NCBI GenBank assembly: GCA_965116875.1
Contig: OZ220733.1
Span: forward strand, 2,080,001-2,144,000
Source of the DNA: Candidatus Latescibacterota bacterium
GTDB lineage: Bacteria > Latescibacterota > UBA2968 > GCA-2709665
Direction: 5' to 3'
DNA length: 64,000 nucleotides
This document shows positions 39,444-49,700 of this stretch, piece after piece. Both the position numbers and the translations under genes were made by a program. How positions within the stretch are numbered: position 1 is the first letter of the stretch; every line of letters starts with the position of its first letter. Below the pieces are notes generated by a model, which saw only the letters and a program-made list of their open reading frames with translations, searched no databases and was not told where the DNA came from.

Positions 39444-42400
39444 ATGTCAGATCCAGCAATACCCTGGCGCCCCAGGGTTATCCTCCCGGGACGCAGCTTC
39501 CGCCTGCCCGTTCAGGCGGCCGATGGCAACGTTAACCTGTCCGCCGAACACTTCGAAACAATCGCCACGAGGTGGTCCGATCGGGACGCCGCGCTCTACC
39601 ACTATCTCCGGTCTCCCGCACGGGCGGGGGAATATACTCTCAGCGCCACGCACGGCGGCGGATCAGCGGAAACAACGATCCGCGTCAGCACCCTGGACGA
39701 CCTGCGCCGTCCGCATACCTACAACGGCGCGGCCTGGCCCCGCCGCTGGCCTCTGGAGAGGAATTACCGGTCGACGAAAACACGGCAGACGATGCAGAAC
39801 GAACCCTTGCCGGATCGATTTGACGAAGAAACCGTGGCGTGGTTGTCTGCCCAGTCAGATGAAATCCTCTGGGCGCAGCTCCCCAACTCGGAACTGCCCA
39901 AGGCCCACTTTGCCAACTGCCACCAGGGCTGTCCGAACTGCGGTACGGCGATCTTCAGATACAGCGGTTTTTATCCCTGGGTGCGCAGCCACCATCCGTG
40001 TGATTTCAGGTCCGAGTGTCCCAACTGCGGTTCAGCCTATCCGAGCAACGACCTGGCGGGCGAAGACTTCATTTCGGGCGAACATCCGGACGACGGTTTC
40101 GGATATTTCGACGCCGAGGGCCACATCTACCTTTTCGCCGCGACCTATCACAGGGATCAATGCCGCAGCTACAATTCGGGAATCGCCGCGATGACGAACG
40201 CGCTCCGCGCCGGCGGGTTCCATGAAGCTCGCGCGAGGCAACTCGGGCTGCTCCTTCTGCGCTATGCAGAGGAAGAACTCTACCTGGCCTCGGTCCCCCA
40301 GTTCCGCTACGGCCCGTCGAAGGGCGTGGAAGAACCCTGGGACTGGGGCCAGCCGGACTGGGCCGACGACTCCGACCCGGTCCAGGCGCTTCGGGCCAAG
40401 GGCAGCATCCGTTACAGCATCGATACCCCGTATCTGATCGAAAGCCTGGCATTGGCTTACGACACGGTCTGGCCGTTGATGCGCGAAGACCGCGAGCTCA
40501 TTGGACGAGCCCGGGCCGTGGGCATCTCCGTGCGGTCCCCCGAGGACGCCTGCCAACTGACGGAAGAGATGCTGGCCGCCCTGCTTCAGGTCACGCTGGA
40601 CCGGGGCGCGTCCAGCAACCTTCCCAGAGAGAGCCAGGGAGCGCTCAATATCCTGCGGTGCCTGGACCGGCCCGACGCTCGGGACGTGATGGAGTGGGTC
40701 TACGACGAGGGACCGGACACGCTGCGGGTCTTCACCACAAACGATTTCTTCCCGGACGGCATGCCGCAGGAGGCCACCGGTGGTTACAATTCTATCCACA
40801 GCGACGGCTTGTTCGACCTGGAGCATCACCTGCGTCATCTGCGCGACCTGCAACCTGAGGCCTACCCGGCGTCCGACTTCCCCTCGCTCTTCGAGGATCG
40901 CCGTGCCGCACACGTTCCCCGGGCGCTGCACGAAATCACGATGTGCGGCAAGTCGTATTTCCAGTTCGGGGACGGGTCCGCGCCGGGTTCCGCGGGCTCC
41001 AAGGGAGAGGGAACGATCCGGCTGGAAAACGACCTCTTTCACGCGCCGATGGATCCCAATCTTCTTGCGAGAGCCTTTGCGTTCACGGACGACCCGCTTG
41101 TGCGGGAGATCCGGTCGGCCGTTGAGGAACGCGGGCACCGGGCTCTCGGCCCCACGGTCCACGACGGCGTTGGCATCGCGATCCTCCGAACCCGCGAAGC
41201 GCCCGAACGTGCCGCGGCCGGCATCGTCTACGGGGACACCCTCCACCATCGCCACCGGGACCTTCTGGACGTGCAGTTGTTCGCTTTCGAGCGTCCGTTT
41301 CTGACCGACCTCGGATACCCTCAGTCCTGGGCCAGCATGTCCCCCTGGGAATCCCACTGGGCAACCCATAACACCGTCTGGTCCGACCTGCCTCCGGGTG
41401 AATCCGTCGCCGCCGGCCGGGGGCGCCTGGTGCGCAGCCTGTTCGTCGACGGGCTGCAGGTCCTGGACGTCGAGGCGCACCGTTGGTCGCACGAGGAGTC
41501 GCGAGGCTGGCACAGGCTCGGGGTAGCCTACCGTCGGCTTATCGCCCTCGTCGAGACCGACGGCGAAGGCGTCGCCCTCATCGACCTTTCACGGATTACA
41601 GGAGGCGGTGACCACTGGCGTACCTGCCGTGGCCTGGAAGGTAGTTTCCACTCGGACAACGCCGGACTCCTGCCGCGAACCGGAACCGTCGCCGGTCCCC
41701 GTATCGAACGCGGGCAGACGGACAATCTTCCTCATCCGGACCACACCGCCCTGGCGTATATGGATGACGTGTCGGCCGGCCAGGCGCCTCCTTCGTTCAG
41801 CGGGGCCTGGCGCTCACAGGCCGAACCCGCCGTCCATCTGGATCTTCATCAGGTCCACGTCTCTCCCGGTACCCGTCTTTTCACCGCACGTGCGGCACAG
41901 GCGATGGGGACACCCGATGAGTCCAACTACCTGTATTCTCCGGTCCTGTGGCGACGGTCGCCGCAGGACGACACCACGTGCGTCGATCTCGTATTCGAGC
42001 CCCGAACCGGCGAAGCGACCGTTGCGGAAGCCGTCGCCGTATCCGCGGATGCTCCCACCGCCGCGGGGGTCAGACTGACCACGGCGCACGGCAAAACGAT
42101 CGTGCTTTACTGGTCGCCCGAGGCCGGTCCGGCCGACGCCACGCGCTTTGAAGACGGCGTCACGTTGCACGGCGGCTTCGCGGCCGTGGTGGACGGACGG
42201 ATATCGACCGTGGGCGCTTCCGCGTTCCACTCCCCGGCGACCTCGATTGCAGTCGATCGGGCGCGGCAGGCCGGCCGCATCGTCGCTCTCGACCGGGATG
42301 CGTGTACGATCGACGTGGAGGGCCTGGAGGGCGTCGCCGCCGGGGACCGTCTGACCGTGAATCCCGACGAACGCGCCCACACCTACCGTGTCGAAGCCGT

Positions 42401-42761
42401 CGAACCCGTTGGCGCGCCGATCCTTCGCCTGACGCTGGACGTCACCTCCCTGCTCGGCCGGGCGAGCGTGGTCGCGGCCCAGGACGGTAGAATCGACTTC
42501 GGCTTTCACATCCTTGCGAAGTCGGGAAACCTCAACGGCACTCGGATTCAGACCGGCGCAAACGACGACTGGGCGGTGATTTCCAACGCGAGCAATGAGC
42601 GTTCCTGGCCGCCCGGCCCCGTGCGCACCACGGTCCTCATCGACCCCAACAGGGGCGACGGGGACCGGCTTCTGAATCTGGCAACCGGCGCATGGGTTCA
42701 GATCGTGGACTACGTCGTCGGCGATTCGGTCCTCTACGAGCCAGTCGGGTCCAGTGGATGA
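39444..42761 (+). CDS. Large heparinase II/III-like protein with N-terminal CxxC pairs
   Basis: 1105 aa; EATGGYN, QFGDG, HHRHRDLLDVQLF...LTDLGYP, ATHNTV resemble the heparinase II/III C-terminal region; two CPNCG motifs. Confidence 0.55.
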   Translation: MSDPAIPWRPRVILPGRSFRLPVQAADGNVNLSAEHFETIATRWSDRDAALYHYLRSPARAGEYTLSATHGGGSAETTIRVSTLDDLRRPHTYNGAAWPRRWPLERNYRSTKTRQTMQNEPLPDRFDEETVAWLSAQSDEILWAQLPNSELPKAHFANCHQGCPNCGTAIFRYSGFYPWVRSHHPCDFRSECPNCGSAYPSNDLAGEDFISGEHPDDGFGYFDAEGHIYLFAATYHRDQCRSYNSGIAAMTNALRAGGFHEARARQLGLLLLRYAEEELYLASVPQFRYGPSKGVEEPWDWGQPDWADDSDPVQALRAKGSIRYSIDTPYLIESLALAYDTVWPLMREDRELIGRARAVGISVRSPEDACQLTEEMLAALLQVTLDRGASSNLPRESQGALNILRCLDRPDARDVMEWVYDEGPDTLRVFTTNDFFPDGMPQEATGGYNSIHSDGLFDLEHHLRHLRDLQPEAYPASDFPSLFEDRRAAHVPRALHEITMCGKSYFQFGDGSAPGSAGSKGEGTIRLENDLFHAPMDPNLLARAFAFTDDPLVREIRSAVEERGHRALGPTVHDGVGIAILRTREAPERAAAGIVYGDTLHHRHRDLLDVQLFAFERPFLTDLGYPQSWASMSPWESHWATHNTVWSDLPPGESVAAGRGRLVRSLFVDGLQVLDVEAHRWSHEESRGWHRLGVAYRRLIALVETDGEGVALIDLSRITGGGDHWRTCRGLEGSFHSDNAGLLPRTGTVAGPRIERGQTDNLPHPDHTALAYMDDVSAGQAPPSFSGAWRSQAEPAVHLDLHQVHVSPGTRLFTARAAQAMGTPDESNYLYSPVLWRRSPQDDTTCVDLVFEPRTGEATVAEAVAVSADAPTAAGVRLTTAHGKTIVLYWSPEAGPADATRFEDGVTLHGGFAAVVDGRISTVGASAFHSPATSIAVDRARQAGRIVALDRDACTIDVEGLEGVAAGDRLTVNPDERAHTYRVEAVEPVGAPILRLTLDVTSLLGRASVVAAQDGRIDFGFHILAKSGNLNGTRIQTGANDDWAVISNASNERSWPPGPVRTTVLIDPNRGDGDRLLNLATGAWVQIVDYVVGDSVLYEPVGSSG

Positions 42762-42813
42762 CAGATACAAGATTGCCGGACTGAAGAGTTATCGCGATCG
42801 ACACCTTGACAGG

Positions 42814-45022
42814 GTGGAGCGGACATTCCTGTCTGCTCGCATCAATTAGGCCGAAGGCTTGGAATGTAGTCGCCTGGCACGTCAAGACACACCACCCGAA
42901 TGATCCGAATGGCCTTTCTTCGGAGTAGGCCTGACTGATCAGGCCAAACTCGAGCAACAGTTCGACAGGGTGGAGCGGACATTCCTGTCTGCTCACGTAC
43001 ATAATACCGAAACAGGCATTTGCTGTGTCGAAACACATCGCAACTCGCCGCCGTCTACCCTAATGGAAAAAGGTCGGCGCTATCTAGTGGATACTCCTTC
43101 CCCAGGTGACGCGATCCCTGTCGCAACCGGACTGTGCGACCACGAATATTGGATACATTAAGGCGAGCAAGGCTTGCTTCAACCTGCAGTCCGGCAGAAG
43201 AAACATGAGGCAGGCAGACAGGAATGTCCGCCCCACACTCAGAGTCGCTTCCACAATGTCTCCGAAAGCCATTGTGCGAGGTTGTAATTGGGCGATTCAC
43301 GACCTATGCGGGCTGACCCACGACATTTGCTTCAAAGGGAAGTGGAGGCAAGTAAGGGCATTTTTTCTCGGTCGTTGTTAGATTCAAGCGATACCTTGAA
43401 CACGGGATTTTGAGGGTGGAGCGGACATTCCTGTCTGCTCACGTACATAATACCGAAATCGGAATCTGCTGTGTCGAAACACATCGCAACTCGCCGCCGT
43501 CTTCCCCACTGGAAAAAGGACGGCGCTATATATTGGATCACATTTCGCCTGGCTGATGCGATCCCTCGAAACAAGCATCGCGCCCTGCGCCAGGAACGCA
43601 ACCTCTGGCTGAGTCGTCACCCCGAACCGTGGACTGACACGGAGTGGAAGGAATACAGTCGACGGTTCGAAGAGAAAATGGAATACTGGCTCGACGCTGG
43701 CAAGGGTAGTTGTCTCCTGGCGTGCGTCGACGCGCGTGAGGTCGTAAAAAAGTGCATTTTGCGTTTCAACGGCGAAAGGTTACGACTTCACTCGGCCGTG
43801 ATAATGCCTACACATGTTCACGGCCTGATCGAGCCGTTTGAAGGCCATGAGCTTTCGAGGATCCTGCAGGGCATAAAAGGCGCATCTGCTCGGGGTATCA
43901 ACAAGCTCAGGGGCGTCACCGGCAGTGTTTGACAGGACGAATCCTATGATCACGTCGTGCGCAGTGAAGAACAGTATTGGCGTTTCGTGCGGTATATTGC
44001 GGAGAACCCCTCGAAAGCCGGACTGCGCGACCACGAATATTGGATTCATAAAGGCGGAGCAAGGCTTGCTTCAACCTGCAGTCAGACAGAAAAAACATGA
44101 GGCAGGCAGACAGGAATGTCCGCCCCACACTCAGAGTCGCTTCCACAATGTCTCCGAAAGCCACTGTGCGATGTTGTAATTGGCCGATTCACGACCTATG
44201 CGGGCTGACCTACGACATTTGCTGCAAAGGGAAGTGGAGGCAAGTAAGGGCATTTTTTCTCGGTCGTTGTTAGATTCAAGCGATACCTTGAACATGGGAT
44301 TGTGAGAGTGGAGCGGACATTCCTGTCTGCTCACGTACATAATACCGAAATCGGAATCTGCTGTGCCGAAACACATCGCAACTCGCCGCCGTCTTCCCCA
44401 CTGGAAAAAGGACGGCGCTATATACTGGATCACATTTCGCCTGGCTGATGCGATCCCTGTCGCAACCGGACTGCGCGACCACGAATATTGGATACATTAA
44501 GGCGAGCAAGGCTTGCTTCAACCTGCAGTCCGGCAGAAGAATCATGAGGCAGGCAGACAGGAATGTCCGCCCACACTCAGAGTCGCTTCCACAATGTCTC
44601 CGAAAGCCATTGTGCGAGGTTGTAATTGGGCGATTCACGACCTATGCGGGCTGACCCACGACATTTGCTTCAAAGGGAAGTGGAGGCAAGTAAGGGCATT
44701 TTTTCTCGGTCGTTGTTAGATTCAAGCGATACCTTGAACACGGGATTTTGAGGGTGGAGCGGACATTCCTGTCTGCTCACGTACATAATACCGAAATCGG
44801 AATCTGCTGTGACGGAACACATCGCGACTCGCCGCCGTCTTCGCTAATGGAAAAAGGACGGCGCCATGTACTGGACCACCTTTCGCCTGGCTGATGGGAT
44901 CCCTGTCGCAACCGGACTGCGCGACCACGAATATTGGATTCATAAAGGCGGAGCACGGCTTGCTTCAACCTGCAGTCCGGCAGAAGAAACATGAGGCAGG
45001 CAGACAGGAATGTCCGCCCCAC
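42814..45022. repeat. Array of REP elements and RAYT-derived tandem units
   Basis: Forward REP GTGGAGCGGACATTCCTGTCTGCTC at 42814, 42970, 43416, 44308 and 44754. Inverted REP GGCAGACAGGAATGTCCGCCCCAC at 43213, 44105, 44552 and 44999. Unit periods are 446, 892 and 446 bp. Confidence 0.9.
43471..44100 (+). pseudogene. REP-associated tyrosine transposase (RAYT, Y1 HUH family) with an internal nonsense codon
   Basis: RRRLPHW...YWITFRLAD, HUH motif VIMPTHVH, IKGASAR, then GSV*QDESYDHVVR...RYIAENP. TGA at 43930-43932 replaces the conserved Trp of WQxExYDH. Confidence 0.9.
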
Positions 45023-45073
45023 CTTCAAACCTGCTGCCGCAGCCTCGACAACGACCAATAAACCGGGATCTTA

Positions 45074-45352
45074 ATGGATAACGCTCAGGTCCAGCTCGAC
45101 GGAGACCCGCGCAAGCTCGCGAGAGCCATCTGTCGGGCCGCGCGGGAGTCCTGCCGCGAAAAACACGGACGTCTGCCAGGCCGGGACGACATGAAGGCCG
45201 GCATGGAAGCCGAAATCCCCGCGCTTGCGAAACAGATGGTCGAGGCGCTGGACAGCCATGCGCGCGACGTCTACCTCATCAATGCCCTCGAAATCCTGGC
45301 GCTCTACTATGCCCGGAGCGAGCTGGAACAGGCTTCGAAACGTCCGGAGTGA
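45074..45352 (+). CDS. Small helical hypothetical protein
   Basis: 92-aa ORF with codon usage like its neighbours (G/C third positions); no recognised family. Confidence 0.55.
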   Translation: MDNAQVQLDGDPRKLARAICRAARESCREKHGRLPGRDDMKAGMEAEIPALAKQMVEALDSHARDVYLINALEILALYYARSELEQASKRPE

Positions 45353-45400
45353 ATTCGCGGATTCGCGACGTGGATATGGAAATAACAACCAAAAAAAGTA

Positions 45401-45429
45401 TTGACATGTCCACACACACTTGTGAGTGT
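45401..45429 (+). promoter_or_regulatory. TTGACA box followed by palindromic operator-like ACACACAC-TT-GTGAGTGT
   Basis: TTGACA at 45401-45406 after an A-tract; palindrome at 45412-45429; second copy inside 51336-51367. Confidence 0.55.
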
Positions 45430-45783
45430 CAGCCTCGAATCGCCTGAACTGTGACGCCGAAATCGGATTCGGTCTATTGAGTACCAGGGAGTCTTTCGCT
45501 GCAGATTGCGATCAGAGGTGGGATACGGAGGGTTATTGCGACCGGTGTGTCAGCGGCGGTCGTTCTTTGCGAACAGGGCTTTCACCATTCGCCAGAACAG
45601 ACCGGCGCCGACAATCAGTATCAGCGCGGAGGAAATCAGCAGAACGATGCGGATGACAACCGGAAAATCTTCAAAGATTGGCATAATGCGAAACCGTTGA
45701 TTTGCTTGGCGTCGTGATTGAACAGCAAGACGGAGACCAAAGCATCATCCGCCTCACCCGGCGTCGTCATACGGAGAAGAACG

Positions 45784-46530
45784 ATGACCCAGGCAACGAT
45801 ACTGGTCGCACCCACGGCGGACGACAACTGCCTGACGCAGGTTGTGGATGCGCTTCTGCACAGGGGAGTGTCGGTTGAGGCAGGCGTTCTGGATGGCTGT
45901 CCCGCGGTGGAAGAGGCACTGGCGGCATGCATTGAACAAGGAGCGAAGCGGATCGCGGTCCTGCCGTACATGTTTCGCGAGGACGAACAGGTTCTGCATC
46001 GGTTCCGACAGCGCCTGGGCAGGTTTCAAAAGGATCATGCCGATCTGGAAATCCACGTCGCGCCGGCGGTCGGTTTCGACGCGCGGCTGGTCGAAATCGC
46101 GCAGGATTACATCGAACAGACGGAATTCGGGCTGCACAATGATGACGGCCCGTCGTTGCTGACGATGGATGGATGTCTACCGGGGCCGATGGTCTTCACG
46201 TACGCGGACCTGAGTGGGCTTCCCGGGCAGATCGAGGACGTCGGCCGCATCATTACCGGGCGCCGCGGATCCGCGGTTTCCGTCGCCGGTCTCTTGAGAA
46301 GCGCCGCCGTGGGCGACGACGCGCGCCAGGCCGTTTTTCATTCGGCCGATGACGGGTACTTTGCCCGCGTCTCCCTCGCTGCGGCAGTTGAAAACGGCAT
46401 CCTCGTTTACCGCATCGGCGAACATCCGCTGCCGGAAAGACTCGGCGGCCCGATAAGACTGTTCATTCCCGAAACCGACGACAGATGCGCGAACGTCAAA
46501 AACGTGGTCCGAATGGAGTTGATCCCGTAG
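45784..46530 (+). CDS. Degenerate CbiX/SirB-like domain fused to a molybdopterin-oxidoreductase-like domain
   Basis: PAVEEALAACIEQGAKRIAVLPYMF...APAVGFDARLVEI (CbiX-like); FTYADL..LP...PLPERLGGPIRLFIP...NVKNVVRMEL. GGAG RBS. Confidence 0.65.
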   Translation: MTQATILVAPTADDNCLTQVVDALLHRGVSVEAGVLDGCPAVEEALAACIEQGAKRIAVLPYMFREDEQVLHRFRQRLGRFQKDHADLEIHVAPAVGFDARLVEIAQDYIEQTEFGLHNDDGPSLLTMDGCLPGPMVFTYADLSGLPGQIEDVGRIITGRRGSAVSVAGLLRSAAVGDDARQAVFHSADDGYFARVSLAAAVENGILVYRIGEHPLPERLGGPIRLFIPETDDRCANVKNVVRMELIP

Positions 46531-46602
46531 TACCGACTCCGGCAACCGTCAGCGCGATCCTGAGCGCGGCTGAACAATTCTGCCTGAATTGGCCTCCGGG
46601 TA

Positions 46603-46631
46603 TTGACTTGAAATCAACAATCGGTTACTCT
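46603..46631 (+). promoter_or_regulatory. sigma70-type promoter of candidate sRNA copy 1
   Basis: TTGACT-N17-TACTCT. Confidence 0.6.
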
Positions 46632-46636
46632 TTACA

Positions 46637-46720
46637 TGAATCAGGACGCGGGCCTCTGTCTTGTGCTCCGTCTGCCGTCCCCCCGGCAGCCGGAATTACG
46701 GATAGAGGCCCGAATCAATT
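46637..46720 (+). ncRNA. Candidate structured small RNA, copy 1
   Basis: Leader TGAATCAGGACG; stem CGGGCCTCTGTC/GATAGAGGCCCG; apical hairpin CTGCCG-TCCCCC-CGGCAG. Homologous to 51442-51528. Confidence 0.5.
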
Positions 46721-46743
46721 GAGGACTGCGCTGCAAACGTAAA

Positions 46744-49700
46744 TCAGATCTGACCGAAGGCGTCTGCGAACTTCACAAAGTCGCCGAAACCGATGGCGCC
46801 ATCCTCATCCAGGTCGAACTTTGCGTCATATCCCGCGTCGCCTTCCCGCAGTCCGAAATGTCGCACGAACAACACAAAGTCAGCGAAGTTGACTGCCCCA
46901 TCACCGTCGAAATCGGCGTCGGGAGTTTGCGGAGGCACGGGAGGAGGCGGTACGTCATCGGCGAGATCCCATATCAGCATCGAGCCATCCCGCGATCCGG
47001 AAACCAGCGTGCTCCCGTCATCCAGGAACGCCACCGAATACACCCAGCCGGCATGCCCCTCCAGCCTGGCGGTCTCCGTCGTCGTGGCTACGTCCCATAT
47101 CCGGACGGTGCCGTCCTGCGATCCGGAGGCCAGCATACTCCCATCCGCGGAGAACGCCACCGAATACACCCAGCCGGTATGCCCCTCCAGCCTGGCGGTC
47201 TCCGTCCGAGTGGCCACGTCCCATATCCGGACGGTGCCGTCCTGCGATCCGGAGGCCAGTGTGCTCCCATCCTCGGACAAAGCCAACGAATAAACCCATC
47301 CTCCGTGTCCCTCAAGCGTGGCAACTTCCGTCCTCGCCGCCACGTCCCAAAGCTTCACGGTACGATCGCTGGACCCGGAAAACAGCGTATCCCCATCTGG
47401 TGAAAACACCACCGAGGCGACCCCGCCCGTGTGCTCATGCCCTTCGAGAACGGCAATCTCGGCGTGGGTCGCCAGGTTCCACACCGTCGCGGTACCCTGC
47501 CGCAATCCGGCAGCCAGTGTGCTCCCGTCCCGAGAAAACGCCACTGAATACACCCAACTGCGCGCGTCAAAGGTCGCAACCTCGGATCGTGCCGCCATGT
47601 CCCACAGCCTCACGGTATGGTCGCTCGAGCCTGAGGCCAGCTTGGCGCCGTCGGACGAAAACGAAACCGAGCGCACCCAATCCGTGTGCCCTTCCAGGGC
47701 AGCCACCTCGGTTCGCGTCTCTGCGTCCCACAACCGCACCTTGTTGTCCAGCGAACCGGTGGCGAGGATGCTCCCGTCGGGCGAAAGCGCCATCGACGTC
47801 AACGACCGATGCCCGTAAATGGCTGCCGAATTTCCCGTTTCCAGGTCCCGGACGATGACGTTGCCGTCCTCCGACGCGGACGCGAGAGTGGAGGCATTCC
47901 GCGAGAATGATACGGAATAGACCGGGTGGTTATGCTCTTCCAGCGTGTTGATCAGTTCCCGCGCGGTGACGTCCCAAAGCTTGACCCTGCCGTCGGTCGA
48001 ACCGGAGGCCAGTGTGGCGCCGTCACCTGAAAACGAAACTGAGGCGACGGGACCGCCATGCCCTTCGAAACGTGCGACCTCGATTTGCGCGACCACGTCC
48101 CACAGCCTTACCGAACGGTCGCTTGATCCTGAGGCCAGCATGCTCCCGTCCGGGGAAAACGCCACCGACGTGATGCCATTCGCATGCCCCTCGAGCGTGG
48201 CGACCCGGGCTCGCGCGGCCACGTCCCACAGACTGATCGTATTGTCGCTCGATCCCGATGCCAGCCTGCCGCCATCGGGAGAGAACGCCACCGAAGCGAC
48301 CCCAACCCGCTCGCGTTGCAAGGTGGCGACCCATGTACGCGTGACCAGATCCCATAGCCGGACCGTGCCGTCCTCGGACCCGGAGACGAGTGCGGTCCCG
48401 GTGGACGAGAACGCAACGGAACTGACGCCGTCCGTATGCCCGGCAAGGGTGGCGATCCTCGCGCCTGATGAAACATTCCAGAGTTCGATCCGCCCATCGT
48501 ACAACCCGGCGGCGAGGTTCCCCCGGCGGGAGAACGCCACAGTGCGAACACGACCGCCGCCAGGCAACAACACGGCTGCGCGGGAGACGATCGCGTCATA
48601 CAGCCACACGCCCACACCGCTGGCAACGGCCAACGTGCGTCCATCCGGAGACAGGGCGACCGCCCGGTCGCCCTGGGCGATTGCGCCCTTGCCCAGGCGC
48701 GCCGTGGCCCGCCAGGGCAGTTGCCACTTCCGGTAGTCTCCGTCCATTGTGATCACGGAAGCGCCTACTGCGTCAGCATTGAAGGTCGCCAGTTCCCTGC
48801 CGCCAAGGGTGACCACGACGGCATTCGCGCCGGCCCGGTTCCCCAGGGTCAGGGTGACGGCTGCCCGGCCGTCCGCGCCCGTGCGGGTATGCTGGACTGT
48901 ATAACTGCCGCTGAGCCTGCCCTGGCCGGCGGTAACCGCAAACGTGACCGCGGCATCGGGCAAGGGATCGCCGTTCCGATCTTTCACTTCCACGACAAAC
49001 GGGTCCGCAAGAGGCCCCCCGGGCGCGCCCTCCTGTCCATCTCCGGAGATCACCTCCAGCGCGAATGGCTGCAACCTCGGCCACTCCGACAGATCCCACA
49101 GCAGCACCGTGCCGTCTTCCGACCCCGAGGCCATCGTACCCCAATCCGGCGAAAACGCGACGGAATTGACATTGGCGTTATGCCCCGTCAGCGAAACGAC
49201 CCCGGTTCGCGCGCCCACCTCCCATATCCGGATCGTGTTGTCGTCTGATCCGGACGCCAGCCTGCTCCCATCCTGTGAATACGCCAGGGATGTTACGCCG
49301 CCCTCGTGTCCCAGAAGGGTTGCGGCCTGCGAATGGGAGGCCGCGTCCCACAGCTTGACCGCATTGTCGCTCGATCCGGAGGCCACCGTTCTCCCGTCCT
49401 GCGAAAAAACCACGGCATTGACACTCCCTCTATGCCCCTCAAGCGCGGCGATGCGCGATTGCGAGGCCACGTCCCACAAAATGACCGAGCCGTCCTTCGA
49501 GCCGGCCGCCAGCGTCTCCCCTTCAGGCGAAAACACCACCGATGCGATTCCGTCCGAACCGCCGTCCAGGGTCGCGGTCAGCCGCCGCGTATCGTCTTCC
49601 CACAGCAATACCGTTCCATCATCCGACGCGGTCGCCAGGATGGTCCCGTCGGGCGACCAGGCCGCCGCATTGACGCCGTCCTCATGTCGTTCGAAGGCGG

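Noticed and set aside
43930-43932. TGA recoded as Trp or Sec in the RAYT
   Set aside because: TGA is a normal stop in thyA, rimO and phoB, and no SECIS-like support is evident. A TGG>TGA mutation or a sequencing error is simpler.
43416-44307. Full RAYT unit is exactly twice (892 bp) the short-unit period (446 bp)
   Set aside because: The deleted core shows no similarity to the short unit, so this is treated as coincidence.
42814-45022. CRISPR array interpretation of the recurring 25-bp repeats
   Set aside because: The repeats alternate in orientation, the intervening DNA is long and itself repeated, it derives from a RAYT gene, and no cas genes are present.
45430-45783. Cobalamin or Moco riboswitch in the long leader of the CbiX-like gene
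   Set aside because: I could not find the B12-box or other conserved riboswitch motifs by eye; an Rfam scan would settle it.
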